Assembly: GCA_016196035.1 (NCBI GenBank)
Contig: JACPYM010000015.1
Location: 64,525-128,524, forward strand
Source of the DNA: Acidobacteriota bacterium
Lineage (GTDB): Bacteria; Acidobacteriota; Blastocatellia; RBC074
Direction: 5' to 3'
Length of the DNA stretch: 64,000 nucleotides
Within the stretch, counting starts at the first letter, position 1; the number at the start of each line of letters is the position of its first letter. A program made the position numbers and the translations under genes. The notes below the pieces were generated by a model. The model was not told the DNA's origin and did no database searches. It worked only from the letters and a program-made list of their open reading frames with translations. This document shows positions 44,488 to 56,044 of this stretch, in pieces.

Positions 44488-47013
44488 ATGCGTCAATCAT
44501 TCATAAATCGTCAAGCATTTTCAGCAGATATGCTGGTTGTGGCCCCGTCAAACGTCCCGTTCCCAGACAGCGGCAATCAGGTTACACCCCCTGCGCCAGG
44601 CGCATTGGCGGTAGCTGTGGCTGACCCGCAGCACGGCGGGCCCTTACGGTTAGAACTACAGCCGCGCGATTTCCCGCAGGCCTTTGCGACGGTCGTCAAA
44701 CAGGTCGCCATTGCCCTCGGTAGCGCCAGCGAACCCGCCGAAAGCGCCGCGCAAACCTTAGTCGAACAATTTCTCTTGCTGCGGTTTTTGGAAGTCAAAG
44801 GCTGGTTGGGCGAGCCTGATTTTATGCGCCAGCAATGCCAATGGCATTGGCAAGCTGCCCCGGAAGCCCCCAGCTTTTTTATCGAAGTCATCGCCCCGCG
44901 CTTGCGGGTCTTGTCCAATACAGGTTTGCTGTATAACCCAGCCACGCCAACCGCGCTGCCCGCTTTGCCCAATCGGGTTTGCAAAATTATCTGCGACACC
45001 CTCTTCGGCCCGTTCCGCTATACCATTCACGAAGTGACCGCGCAAGAAGCCGAAAAAGTGCTTGACCCGGAATGGCTCGGCGCCATGAGCGAACAGGCGT
45101 TGCTGGAACGGCCTTTGAAACAGGCGCAATCGGCCACGACACAGCGACGCATTCGCGGTTCGTTTCAAACACCGCGCCGCGTGATGCGCTGGATGTGCCG
45201 CGAAGCGCTGTTGCAATACTTGACCGGCAAGCTGGCCGAGTTCACGCATCTCTCGCCCGCCGCCTTGCGCGAACAACTGCTGTTCTTTTTCAACCTGCCG
45301 CCCGCGCCGCGCATGACCGACGACCACGTCGCCGAATTGAGCGAGCACATCTTGCGCGCCGAAGCGCAACGCATGTCGCGCGCGTTGCTGGCCTGTCGCA
45401 TCTGCGATCCGGCGGTGGGCATCGGCACGCTGTTGGCCGGGATGTTGGAAGAGTTGGCGGCGGCGCTGGCGAAACTGGATTTGCTGCTCTATGGTCGCGG
45501 CCTGATCGGGCAGCACAACTACGAATTCCGGCTCAAGCGCAAATTGCTCAGCGATTGTTTGTATGGTGTTGACGTGCAGCCGCCAGCCATCGCGCTCTGC
45601 CGCCAACGGCTTTGGCTGATGCTAGTGGCGTGCGAGCAAAGCGCACCCGACGCCGCGCTGGCCGTGACCATTCGCGAAGCCGCCAATACGCCCGCCCTAT
45701 TTCAGCATCTTGTTTGTGGCGACAGTCTGTTGGGTTGCCGCACGTATGACGATGGCGAGACCGATGCGTTCAAATGGCGACGCGCCTTTCCGCACCTCTT
45801 TCAACAACGTGGCGGCTTCGACATTCTCATTGGCAACCCGCCTATCCGCCCTTTTCTCGCCAAAGACGAAGCCGAGAAAGACGTCTGGGCGCAAATCGGC
45901 ACGCTCTTTCCGCAAGTCAAACGGTCAAAAAATACGGCGGCAGCGTTTTTTGATTTGCCGCGCTTGATCGGTGCGGCAGGCGTCATTACCTGCCAAATCG
46001 TACCGAGGTCGCTGACGTATTCAGAAGGCTGGGCCGCCACGCGCGCCTTGTTGCGCTTGAATTACCATTTGCTGAGTGCGGCGGATGTGAGCGAAGCCTA
46101 TCAGGAAGCCCAACTCGAACAGGAAGTCTTGTTCTATCGGCGCGATCCTGACCGCGACGAGTTGGTTGGTGAAGCCGCACCCGAACCGGTGTTGCTGAGT
46201 ACGGCACTTACTTCTGCCAATGTTGTGGCAGTCCAGACTGACGCGCGCACGGAAATAGAAGAGCGCTACGAGTTAAGCGGCGGCGAGATGGTGCGGCGCG
46301 AAATTGCCATACCCGTGGCGGCCGTTGTGTTGAGCGCCCCGGCCCGCGAATTACAAGAACGCTTGGCGCGGTTGCGCACGCTCGGCGAATTCGTCACGGT
46401 CAAACGCGGCCAACGCTGGCAACGCCGCACCAAACCCGCCGGACGCGCGTCCGCCGCCGTCCCCGTCATCAAAGGCACGAACCTGCGCCAGTTCCGCATC
46501 ACCGACGAATTGCCGCGCCAGGAACCGCCGGCTTACATTCAGCGCGTGCTCGAAGAGTTGCGCCAGCCCAAACTGGTTTGTCCGAACACGCTGGCGCATT
46601 TGAAAAAGCCGCACGAAATGCTGGTGCTGCTCTGCGCGCTCGACCGCAGCGGCTCAGTCGCGCTCGACACCGTGCAACAGCTTTTTCCGGCGCAGGATTG
46701 CCCGTACAGTTTGGAGTTGCTGTGCGGGCTGCTCAACAGTTCGCTGGCGCGCTGGTTTTTCTACTACGTCACTTATCAGCAGGCGGCGCGCGCCGTCGCG
46801 TTTGACGCCGCGCAAATTGGCAGCCTGCCGCTGCCGCGCGCCAACCACCGGTTGATTTCGCAAGTCGAAAAACAGGTGCGCAAGCTGCTCAAACTGGAAT
46901 TGCCGCGCAAGTATTTTCTGCGTGGTCAATTGCCGGAATACGACGCGCTGGATGAGTTGATTTGCGAGCTATACGAATTGAGTGAGGAAGAGCGGCGCGA
47001 GGTGTTGCGCTAA
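44488..47013 (+). CDS. Eco57I/PglX-like gamma-class N6-adenine DNA methyltransferase with a TaqI_C-like target-recognition domain; catalytic tetrad reads NPPI
   Basis: Motif I is [11 protein letters not shown] (45406-45426). [19 protein letters not shown] is present. Motif IV is [10 protein letters not shown] (NPPI at 45835-45846). [12 protein letters not shown] is typical of the TaqI_C specificity domain. Confidence 0.7.
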   Translation: MRQSFINRQAFSADMLVVAPSNVPFPDSGNQVTPPAPGALAVAVADPQHGGPLRLELQPRDFPQAFATVVKQVAIALGSASEPAESAAQTLVEQFLLLRFLEVKGWLGEPDFMRQQCQWHWQAAPEAPSFFIEVIAPRLRVLSNTGLLYNPATPTALPALPNRVCKIICDTLFGPFRYTIHEVTAQEAEKVLDPEWLGAMSEQALLERPLKQAQSATTQRRIRGSFQTPRRVMRWMCREALLQYLTGKLAEFTHLSPAALREQLLFFFNLPPAPRMTDDHVAELSEHILRAEAQRMSRALLACRICDPAVGIGTLLAGMLEELAAALAKLDLLLYGRGLIGQHNYEFRLKRKLLSDCLYGVDVQPPAIALCRQRLWLMLVACEQSAPDAALAVTIREAANTPALFQHLVCGDSLLGCRTYDDGETDAFKWRRAFPHLFQQRGGFDILIGNPPIRPFLAKDEAEKDVWAQIGTLFPQVKRSKNTAAAFFDLPRLIGAAGVITCQIVPRSLTYSEGWAATRALLRLNYHLLSAADVSEAYQEAQLEQEVLFYRRDPDRDELVGEAAPEPVLLSTALTSANVVAVQTDARTEIEERYELSGGEMVRREIAIPVAAVVLSAPARELQERLARLRTLGEFVTVKRGQRWQRRTKPAGRASAAVPVIKGTNLRQFRITDELPRQEPPAYIQRVLEELRQPKLVCPNTLAHLKKPHEMLVLLCALDRSGSVALDTVQQLFPAQDCPYSLELLCGLLNSSLARWFFYYVTYQQAARAVAFDAAQIGSLPLPRANHRLISQVEKQVRKLLKLELPRKYFLRGQLPEYDALDELICELYELSEEERREVLR

Positions 47014-47110
47014 TAACCTGCCTCCGTATATTCGCCAAATACCGCGCGCATCCGATCCGCAATTTCACCCAGCGTCGCATACGCCTCGACCGCCGCGATG
47101 ATGCGCGGCA
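47010..47110 (-). pseudogene. orphaned original 3' end of the methylmalonyl-CoA mutase gene, displaced by the R-M insertion
   Basis: The minus-strand translation is [32 protein letters not shown]-stop. This duplicates the C-terminus of the intact mutase gene 2.1 kb away. Its stop overlaps the methyltransferase stop codon. Confidence 0.7.
47035..47110. repeat. left copy of the 76-bp direct repeat flanking the R-M cassette
   Basis: Aligns with 49178-49253 with 4 mismatches and no gaps (hand alignment). Confidence 0.9.
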
Positions 47111-47113
47111 GCA

Positions 47114-48106
47114 TCAGTAGGGACTCAGGTATTTATCTCCGTCGAAGTGAATTAAATGATCGGGCGTCTCAGCTACCCACACTTCTGTCTCCCATGCGAT
47201 CTCTACCACCCATTTTCTGAACTCTTTTTTGGTCAGGAAAGCGGTTACAAAAACCAATTTGGCAAGGCAACTTTGAGCGGCTTTTTTCAATTCCAGTACT
47301 CTGGTTTCACTCATTGGGCCATTGCTATGAACTGCTTCGATCAGATAAAGCCAGTGCAAGTCTCGATTGTAGGCGATGATGTCAGGCAATTCTTCGTGCG
47401 ACAACCGGAAGAACTTCAGCCGCTCCAGTTCTTGTTTATTGAGATAGAGAATTTTGTTCGTGGTGTCGCCAAGATAAAGGACTTCGCAGCCTTTGCCGAA
47501 ACGAGGCAGGAACTCTTCGATAATTTGTTTTTGCAATTCATTGTGACTTCCCGGCGACAACTCAAGACTGGTGCCGTCGGGTAAGCCAACCGGAAGCTTA
47601 GGGATGTTGCGTTTGCGCGCCAAAGTCTCAGCCAACAAACTTCGATTGACCCGAAAAGCAGCCAGTTCACTTGTCCATTCAGCGTGGCCGAAAGTGCGGA
47701 TCAATCGCTTGAAGCCGATGTCCAGTGAATAACCGCGCGTGGGGTTATTGGTCGCCGCCTCCGGGTTTAGCCCACTATTTATAACCAAATCCGCCAACAC
47801 CAAAAGCTTTAGGTCTTTACGTCTGATGTCGTCGTATGAGCCGCTTGAGATATTCTCACCAAAATGCTGGTTGATGAATTCAATGATGTCTCTGCTCTTG
47901 AGTGCTCTCCCATTATCAAGTCCTTGTGCCGACTGCCAGGATTCGGTTACAGCCGCGACAGCCAGAAAACTCATTGCCATTTTTTCCAAACGCCGTGGCG
48001 TCAAGCCTGCGATTGGTATGCCAACAGCATTCAAAATCGTGACTGCCTGATTCAGCAAATTCCTCGTACTTTCTGGTTTTTTACTGTGCGGGAAATAGTC
48101 TTTCAT
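47114..48106 (-). CDS. type II restriction endonuclease, BsuBI/PstI-like family
   Basis: The N-terminal region [41 protein letters not shown] resembles the BsuBI/PstI HTH domain. The C-terminal LYLGDT...LPDIIAY...[13 protein letters not shown]...[20 protein letters not shown] resembles its catalytic domain. The start overlaps the methylase stop by 26 nt. Confidence 0.65.
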   Translation of the reverse strand: MKDYFPHSKKPESTRNLLNQAVTILNAVGIPIAGLTPRRLEKMAMSFLAVAAVTESWQSAQGLDNGRALKSRDIIEFINQHFGENISSGSYDDIRRKDLKLLVLADLVINSGLNPEAATNNPTRGYSLDIGFKRLIRTFGHAEWTSELAAFRVNRSLLAETLARKRNIPKLPVGLPDGTSLELSPGSHNELQKQIIEEFLPRFGKGCEVLYLGDTTNKILYLNKQELERLKFFRLSHEELPDIIAYNRDLHWLYLIEAVHSNGPMSETRVLELKKAAQSCLAKLVFVTAFLTKKEFRKWVVEIAWETEVWVAETPDHLIHFDGDKYLSPY

Positions 48107-49127
48107 AGGGAAATAAACTCATCTGATCGTTAATGCTTAGTTGAGCATCACTCAGCTCCGTCCTCATCAATGAGGCGCTCGCTGAAAAATAATCTTTAAC
48201 ACTTTGCGCCAGGTGTTGCGCCAGGACAGGCGGCACGGCGTTTCCTATTTGATAGAACTGACGGGCTTCGTTGCCGGTAAATTCAAACCAGTCGGGAAAA
48301 CTCTGAAGCCTGGCGGCTTCTCGTAATAACAACCGGCGTCTGCGCCCATCCGGCAATTTGATCCGCTGCATATCGCCAGTTGGCGCGGCGATATTCCGGC
48401 AAGTCAAGGTGCGCGCAGGCTTGTCAGGGTACAAATCGCGCGGGTTAATACACTTCGAAGCGATCTCATACTTCTTCACATATTGATCCATTGACGGCGT
48501 TAGAAACTTAGATTCAGGTGGTGTGGTATACATTAAATCTTCAATGGCTTCTGTTACGGTATACCGCCTCGCCTCACGGCGGGGGAAAGAGAAATTGCCT
48601 TTGTGGGCAACGACAAAAAGCCTTTCCCTGTTTTGCGGAACGCCATAATCAACCGCGTTCATTAGCTTGTAATCAATTAGGTAGCCAAGCTGCGCTAGTG
48701 CCCGCACAATCTCATCGAAGTACCACTTGTTTGAGTAAAGCAAGCCACGCACATTCTCAAATAAGCAAAGCTCCGGCTTCAGCCGTTTGACGGCTTCCAG
48801 AAAAACAGGGAAGCCGTTTCGCCCATCAGCCATTCCGAGTTGATAACCACCAACACTGAAGGGCTGACAGGGCGGCCCTCCGATAATCACCTGTGCCGGC
48901 GGATATTCGGTGGTGAGCGTCAATTCAACTTGATGGCAATCCCCCAATAAATTTTCGGCATACGTTCTCGCCGCATCCGGGTCTCGTTCAAAACCAATCG
49001 TTTCAAACCCGGCTGACTCAAAACCTAAAGCCAGGCCGCCACATCCGGCAAATAGATCAATCACCGTAAGGTTCAGGTCACGATTGGGTTTGAGCGAATC
49101 ATTTAACTTGGCAACGTAATCCAACAT
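48081..49127 (-). CDS. DNA (cytosine-5)-methyltransferase
   Basis: Motif I DLFAGCGGL, IV GGPPCQPFS, VI ENVRGL, VIII QNRERLF, X GNAVPP. A strong AAGGAGGTG RBS precedes ATG 49127. The listed N-terminal extension to 49223 reads into the repeat. Confidence 0.9.
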   Translation of the reverse strand: MLDYVAKLNDSLKPNRDLNLTVIDLFAGCGGLALGFESAGFETIGFERDPDAARTYAENLLGDCHQVELTLTTEYPPAQVIIGGPPCQPFSVGGYQLGMADGRNGFPVFLEAVKRLKPELCLFENVRGLLYSNKWYFDEIVRALAQLGYLIDYKLMNAVDYGVPQNRERLFVVAHKGNFSFPRREARRYTVTEAIEDLMYTTPPESKFLTPSMDQYVKKYEIASKCINPRDLYPDKPARTLTCRNIAAPTGDMQRIKLPDGRRRRLLLREAARLQSFPDWFEFTGNEARQFYQIGNAVPPVLAQHLAQSVKDYFSASASLMRTELSDAQLSINDQMSLFPYERLFPAQ

Positions 49128-49155
49128 CACTTTTTCACCTCCTTTCAATGCATAC

Positions 49156-50772
49156 TTACATCGTTTCTCGATACTCCCCAAACACCGCCCGCATCCGATC
49201 CGCAATCTCACCCAACGTCGCATACGCCTCGACCGCCGCGATGATGCGCGGCATTAGGTTCGCGCCCGCACGCGCCGCCGCTTCAACTTCGTTCAACGCC
49301 GCCAAAGCCCCGTCGGCATTGCGTTCGGCGCGCACCTTACGCAAACGCTCGACCTGCGCGGCTTCAGACGCCGGATCAATCTTGAGCGTCGCAATTGAAG
49401 TCTCTTCCTTAATTTGAAAACGATTCACGCCGACGACAACCTCTTGCTGCGCCTCGACGGCTTTTTGGTAATCGTAGGCCGCGCGCTCGATCTCGCGTTG
49501 CACGTAACCCGTCTCAATCGCGGCCAGCATGCCGCCCATCTCATCCAGCTTGGCGATGTATGCAGCCGCGCGCGCTTCGATCTCGTTGGTCAGATGCTCG
49601 ATCACATACGAACCGGCCAGCGGGTCGGCGGTGTCGGCTACGCCCGATTCGTAGGCGATGACCTGTTGCGTGCGCAAGGCGATGCGCGCGGCGTCTTCGG
49701 TCGGCAGGCTCAACGCCTCGTCCATCCCGTTTGTGTGAAGCGATTGCGTCCCGCCCAGCACGGCGGCCAGCGCCTGGATGGTCGTGCGGATGACGTTGAC
49801 TTCGGGCTGTTGCGCAGTCAGCGTCGAACCCGCCGTTTGCGTGTGGAAGCGCAGCATCATGGATTTCGCGTCTTTTGCGCCGAACCGGTCGCGCATCGTC
49901 CGCGCCCACAACCGCCGCGCCGCGCGATACTTCGCCACCTCTTCCAGAAAGTTGTTGTGCGCGTTGAAAAAGAAGGCCAGGCGCGGCGCAAAATCGTCTA
50001 CGGCCAGGCCCGCGTCCAAGGCCGCCTGCACATACGCAATGCCGTCGGCCAGCGTGAAGGCAACCTCTTGCACCGCTGTCGAACCGGCTTCGCGGATGTG
50101 GTACCCGCTGATCGAAATCGTGTTCCAGTTCGGCACCTCTTGGGCGCAGTAGGCGAAAATGTCCGTGATGATGCGCAACGAAGCGCGCGGCGGATAGATG
50201 TATGTCCCGCGCGCGATGTACTCCTTCAAAATGTCGTTCTGAATCGTGCCGTTGAGCCGAGCGGGCGCGACGCCCTGTTGCTTGCCGACCGCGATATAGA
50301 GCGCCAGCAAGATCGCCGCCGTCGCATTGATCGTCATCGAAGTCGAAACGCGGTCGAGCGGGATGCCGTCAAACAGCGTCTCCATATCGGCCAGCGAATC
50401 AATCGGCACGCCCACGCGCCCGACTTCGCCCACGGCCAGCGCGTGATCGCTGTCGTAGCCAATTTGCGTCGGCAGATCGAACGCCACCGACAGCCCCGTC
50501 GTGCCCTGTTCGAGCAGGTATTTGTAGCGGCGGTTCGACTCTTCCGCCGTAGCAAACCCCGCGTACTGCCGCATCGTCCACAAGCGGCCCCGGTACATCG
50601 TCTCGTAAACGCCGCGCGTGAATGGGTACGCGCCGGGCGCGCCGAGGTCAGTGTCGTAATTGACGGGCACGTCGGCGGGTTGCAGGCAGTTGGGCAGTTC
50701 GATGTCGGAGGTGGTGGCAAATCTTTCTTTGCGTTCCTGGGCCTTGCGCTCTTTGGCTTTTGTCGTCGGCAT
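49156..50772 (-). CDS. methylmalonyl-CoA mutase family protein, catalytic (substrate-binding barrel) subunit without a B12-binding domain
   Basis: [60 protein letters not shown] is the hallmark MCM N-terminal region. The probable start is ATG 50772. Confidence 0.85.
   Translation of the reverse strand: MPTTKAKERKAQERKERFATTSDIELPNCLQPADVPVNYDTDLGAPGAYPFTRGVYETMYRGRLWTMRQYAGFATAEESNRRYKYLLEQGTTGLSVAFDLPTQIGYDSDHALAVGEVGRVGVPIDSLADMETLFDGIPLDRVSTSMTINATAAILLALYIAVGKQQGVAPARLNGTIQNDILKEYIARGTYIYPPRASLRIITDIFAYCAQEVPNWNTISISGYHIREAGSTAVQEVAFTLADGIAYVQAALDAGLAVDDFAPRLAFFFNAHNNFLEEVAKYRAARRLWARTMRDRFGAKDAKSMMLRFHTQTAGSTLTAQQPEVNVIRTTIQALAAVLGGTQSLHTNGMDEALSLPTEDAARIALRTQQVIAYESGVADTADPLAGSYVIEHLTNEIEARAAAYIAKLDEMGGMLAAIETGYVQREIERAAYDYQKAVEAQQEVVVGVNRFQIKEETSIATLKIDPASEAAQVERLRKVRAERNADGALAALNEVEAAARAGANLMPRIIAAVEAYATLGEIADRMRAVFGEYRETM
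49178..49253. repeat. right copy of the 76-bp direct repeat (inside the functional mutase 3' end)
   Basis: See the left copy at 47035-47110. Confidence 0.9.
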
Positions 50773-50903
50773 AGTGTTTCGTCTCGGAGTAAAGTTGTTG
50801 CGGTATTCGGGCGGCGATTCTAAAACAGGCCGCGCAACATTGGTACAGCACAAGCATTCCAGCAAAAGTTGTACTATCATCCGCCAACCATACGAGGAAC
50901 ATC

Positions 50904-51449
50904 ATGATCGGACTGGAATTGCGTAAAACGCCTGAACAACTGCGTGAAGACAAAGCCCGCGCATCAGCCGCATCAGCCGCATTGGCAGCGGATTTGGCCG
51001 CGTTGGGTTATCCGGGGTTTGTTTACCTGCGCGCTACGCCCCGGCAACTCAACCCTGCCGAAGTCGTGCTGATGGCGCTGGGCCAGGCGGATTTGGAATG
51101 CCGTGTCGTTGAAGCTTTGCCGTGGGTCTTGTTGGCTTACCCCGCATTGGACTGGGATTGGTTGCGTGATGGCGCACTGCGCGACGGCTTGCAAAACCGC
51201 TTGGGCTTTATCACAAACATGGCACGGCGGGTGGCAGAGCAGCGCGGCGATAAGGAAATGTCCGCCTTGCTGGCGCGTGAAGAAGCGGCGCTGGAGCGGT
51301 CGCGGCTCTTGCGCGAAGACACGCTCTGTCACGCTTCGATCACCAACGCCGAGCGGCGTTTTTTGCTCGAACACCGTCCCGCCACAGCAAAACACTGGCG
51401 CTTGTTGACAGATATTGCACCGGAGCATTTGGGTTATGCCGCTATCTGA
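50904..51449 (+). CDS. hypothetical protein
   Basis: Long ORF, divergent from the mutase gene. There is no motif I can name with confidence. Confidence 0.4.
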   Translation: MIGLELRKTPEQLREDKARASAASAALAADLAALGYPGFVYLRATPRQLNPAEVVLMALGQADLECRVVEALPWVLLAYPALDWDWLRDGALRDGLQNRLGFITNMARRVAEQRGDKEMSALLAREEAALERSRLLREDTLCHASITNAERRFLLEHRPATAKHWRLLTDIAPEHLGYAAI

Positions 51450-51491
51450 AATGTCTTGGGCTTGGCGGAAGGGTGATTGTTGCTTCAGGCT

Positions 51492-51956
51492 ATGATGTTC
51501 AAACGAAAATCAACCTTGCAGGTAAGCTTCCTTATCCTGCTGCTTATGGCGGGAAGCTTGGCTTTTGCTTTTCAGCCATATCTCAGGAACAGATTTCTGT
51601 CGCCTCCGTTTGGCGAGTACACGTTTGACGTAGCTGACAATGAAGGAAACAAGATTGCGCAGGGAAAAATCATCGTCACCGTCTTTGCCCACAATGCAAT
51701 GCAAGGGCGTTGGCAACTGCATTTCTTCAAGAATAATCATCCGAGTTTCGCTCACCGCTCTAACGAAACATCGGCAAGCGCGTTTGCCGGAGAAGTGCGC
51801 GGCAATGAGGTGAAAATACATCTCAACCTCAACATGGCCGATGCTAACGATGTATTGGAAGGCGAGCTTGAAAACAGCGCGATGCGCGGTGAATTCCTCT
51901 TTTGTGGTTTTGCAGGTTGCGCCGCGATTGGAAAATTCGAGGCAGTCAGAAAGTAA
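51492..51956 (+). CDS. hypothetical secreted protein (lower-GC gene)
   Basis: Signal-like MMFKRKSTLQVSFLILLLMAGSLAFA. One 60-nt line counted 27 G+C. Confidence 0.4.
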   Translation: MMFKRKSTLQVSFLILLLMAGSLAFAFQPYLRNRFLSPPFGEYTFDVADNEGNKIAQGKIIVTVFAHNAMQGRWQLHFFKNNHPSFAHRSNETSASAFAGEVRGNEVKIHLNLNMADANDVLEGELENSAMRGEFLFCGFAGCAAIGKFEAVRK

Positions 51957-51981
51957 CTCGCTCTTCGACTGAGGAAGTCTT

Positions 51982-53829
<1,848 letters not shown>

Positions 53830-53840
53830 CACATAGAAAT

Positions 53841-54149
53841 GAGTTCCAAACAAGGAAAGAACTGATTGACGCGCGACTGACTACTGCCGGGTGGAACCGC
53901 AACGATTCATTGCAAGTTGGACTTGAAATTCCGGTTGATGGAGCGGGCGCAGAACCCTGGAATGGGGTGACGGATTACTGTCTGTACCAACCGAACGGTG
54001 AAATCATTGCTGTGGTCGAAGCCAAAAGAACAAGCCGCGACCCGCGCGTCGCAATCAAACAAATCAATGATTATGTAACCGAAATCGAAAAGGGGCAGAG
54101 CTTCCGTCCTTTTGCTTTTATGGCGAGTGGCTTGGAAACCTATTTCGAA
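53841..54149 (+). pseudogene. remnant of a type I/III restriction enzyme R-subunit N-terminal (HSDR_N nuclease) domain, truncated at both ends
   Basis: The frame reads TRKELIDARLTTAGWNRN...VTDYCLYQPNGEIIAVVEAKRTSRDP...AIKQINDYV...PFAFMASGLETYFE. No start codon precedes it. After position 54149 the frame runs into unrelated sequence, and no helicase domain follows. Confidence 0.55.
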
Positions 54150-54367
54150 CGACAACTCACGGTATGCTCAGCCGTCGCTTCAGTCGTTGCTATAGAGCAT
54201 TGCTTTGTCCAGCTTACCCACTGCTTGCTGAGGAAACGCACTCGGTATTTGTTGATCGCTCAGTTGTCTGAATTTCTGATTTCCATAGTTGGCATGGTTC
54301 TTGCAGCCTAACAGAGTAGAGAAGTTCCAAGGAGATGAAATTTCGAATGGAAGAAGGAGATAAACGT

Positions 54368-54913
54368 ATGGATCAAGCAACCAAAGCCCATTTGCCAGCC
54401 GATAAAGCGGTTGTGGCAGTCTTTTCAGAAAAGAGTTCCGCTGATCGGGCTTACGGCTTACTGAAAGCCTTAGGCTATCCCGAAGATCAGATCAATGTCT
54501 TGATGTCGGATGAAACGCACTTGATGTACTTTGAGGCGACACGCCTCAAAGTCGAAGTCGTGGGCGTAGGGATGCGCGAAAAACCCGCGCTTGCCGCCGC
54601 CGTTGGTACTGGTACGGGGGCGTTGCTCGGCGCCATGCTTGGCGCGGCGGCAACGCTAGCCTTCCCAAGTGTAGGGTTGGTGATTGTCGGCCCGCTCGCT
54701 GCAACCTTGATTGGCGCGGGGTTTGGCGGGGTGACAGGCGGATTGATGGGATCGTTAATCGGCGTGGGCGTTCCTGAATCCCATGCCAAGGCCTACGAGG
54801 AAAAGATCAAACAAGGCAAGATCATTCTTGGGGTCAATCCGCGCTCTGCCGCTGAAGAACAAAAAATTATTGATGGCTGGCGGGCGGCGGGTGGCGATTT
54901 GATCGTCCAATAG
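54368..54913 (+). CDS. YflT/general-stress-like protein with a glycine-zipper membrane segment
   Basis: AAGGAG RBS. The N-terminal VVAVFSEKSSADRAYGLLKALGYPEDQINVL is YflT-like. The central G/A-rich zipper is GTGTGALLGAMLGAA...GAGFGGVTGGLMGSLIG. Confidence 0.55.
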   Translation: MDQATKAHLPADKAVVAVFSEKSSADRAYGLLKALGYPEDQINVLMSDETHLMYFEATRLKVEVVGVGMREKPALAAAVGTGTGALLGAMLGAAATLAFPSVGLVIVGPLAATLIGAGFGGVTGGLMGSLIGVGVPESHAKAYEEKIKQGKIILGVNPRSAAEEQKIIDGWRAAGGDLIVQ

Positions 54914-55000
54914 CGGGTGAGCTTCGGCAGTCCAAAAGAGTTGCGGGGCAGCAAGGTTATTGCCGCTCCGCAACTTTGCGATCAAAGCGAACATTCATTT

Positions 55001-55861
55001 TTAGATTCCGGTGGCGACCTGGAGTTGATTATTGATGGTGGCCACGTCCTTCACCTCGCGGGCAATCCGTAAGGCCAGCGCGCGTTCAGCCCGCGAACCT
55101 ACCGTGCCGGAAAGTGTGACGCGCCCCTGCTTGCATTCCACTTTGATCGCGCCGACATCCTGGAAATTTTCGCGTTCCGTAAATAATGCAAACCCAATTT
55201 GGCGGCTGATTTCGGTATCTTTGGCAGAAATGCCGGGCACTTCCGCTTGCGCTGTTGCCGGATTGCTAACGCTCAACTGATTGGTTACCGCCGCGACATT
55301 GGCGAGACTGCGCGCCAACTGCTCCGCGCCGGTTTTTTGCGCCGGTGTCTCCACCTGGCCGGTCAAGGTCACCGTGCGATTTTGCACGCTGACTTGAATG
55401 GGTTTGCCGGCCAGTTCCGGGCTGGTCGCCAAGCGTTCGCGTAAATCCGCCTGTATTTCCAGATCGGCGATGCGTCCACTCTCGCGTAAACTAACTTCGG
55501 AAGGTTTGACGGTCGGCTCAACTTGGAGTTGATTGAGAACTTGTTTGACACCAGTGGTGTCTTGCGCCACGTTTTCAGCCAGTTCCTTATCAATTTCGCT
55601 TGGCACTCGCCCTGTCAACGTCACCACCGCAGCTTGCGTCGTTACCCCAATGTCATAGGCCGAAAGCCGCTTGGACAAGGCAAAAGCCGACGCGACTTTG
55701 CCTGTTGTCGTAGCGTCAGAGGCCTGTTGCAACACTTCGCCAGCCGCGCGTGGCACGGGCGAGTGCGGGTAGAAATAGAAATACAGCAACGCGCTCGCCA
55801 GGATGACGAGCGTGCCCGCTGCCACAAGTTTGCGTCCCAGTTTGTTCTTTTCAGTTTTCAT
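55001..55861 (-). CDS. BON-domain protein (OsmY-like), membrane anchor plus three to four BON domains
   Basis: Repeated V(T/V)L(T/S)G.V.S......A...A..V.GV..V.NQL.V units are present. The N-terminal TM segment is LVAAGTLVILASALLYFYF. Confidence 0.8.
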   Translation of the reverse strand: MKTEKNKLGRKLVAAGTLVILASALLYFYFYPHSPVPRAAGEVLQQASDATTTGKVASAFALSKRLSAYDIGVTTQAAVVTLTGRVPSEIDKELAENVAQDTTGVKQVLNQLQVEPTVKPSEVSLRESGRIADLEIQADLRERLATSPELAGKPIQVSVQNRTVTLTGQVETPAQKTGAEQLARSLANVAAVTNQLSVSNPATAQAEVPGISAKDTEISRQIGFALFTERENFQDVGAIKVECKQGRVTLSGTVGSRAERALALRIAREVKDVATINNQLQVATGI

Positions 55862-55921
55862 AACGGCCTCGTGCGGCAAATCCGCAAAATGAAATCGGAC
55901 CACGTTTGCTTGCGCAATCGA

Positions 55922-55973
55922 GACAACATGGCGCGCCGGTCATGGAGAGGAGATGCCGGCATCTCCTCTCCAT
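55922..55973. repeat. 52-bp perfect loop-less palindrome between the Cys-rich protein gene and the BON gene
   Basis: 55922-55947 (CGCGCCGGTCATGGAGAGGAGATGCC) is the exact reverse complement of 55948-55973. Confidence 0.95.
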
Positions 55974-56044
55974 GACCGGCGCGTGACTGTCCCAAGGTTG
56001 CGTGTGTTAATTTTGGCAGGGACGTTTTGATGGACAGCAAATGG

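Larger units (their letters stand above)
47111..49177. mobile_element. compact low-GC type II restriction-modification cassette inserted with a long target duplication
   Basis: The cassette is bounded by the 76-bp direct repeats. Hand counts of three 60-nt lines inside it gave 25-33 G+C, against 41 of 60 in a flanking line. It carries only the R and M genes, and no transposase or integrase. Confidence 0.6.

Noticed and set aside
49414-50823. 469-aa ORF on the plus strand
   Set aside because: It is antisense to the methylmalonyl-CoA mutase gene. This is a shadow ORF.
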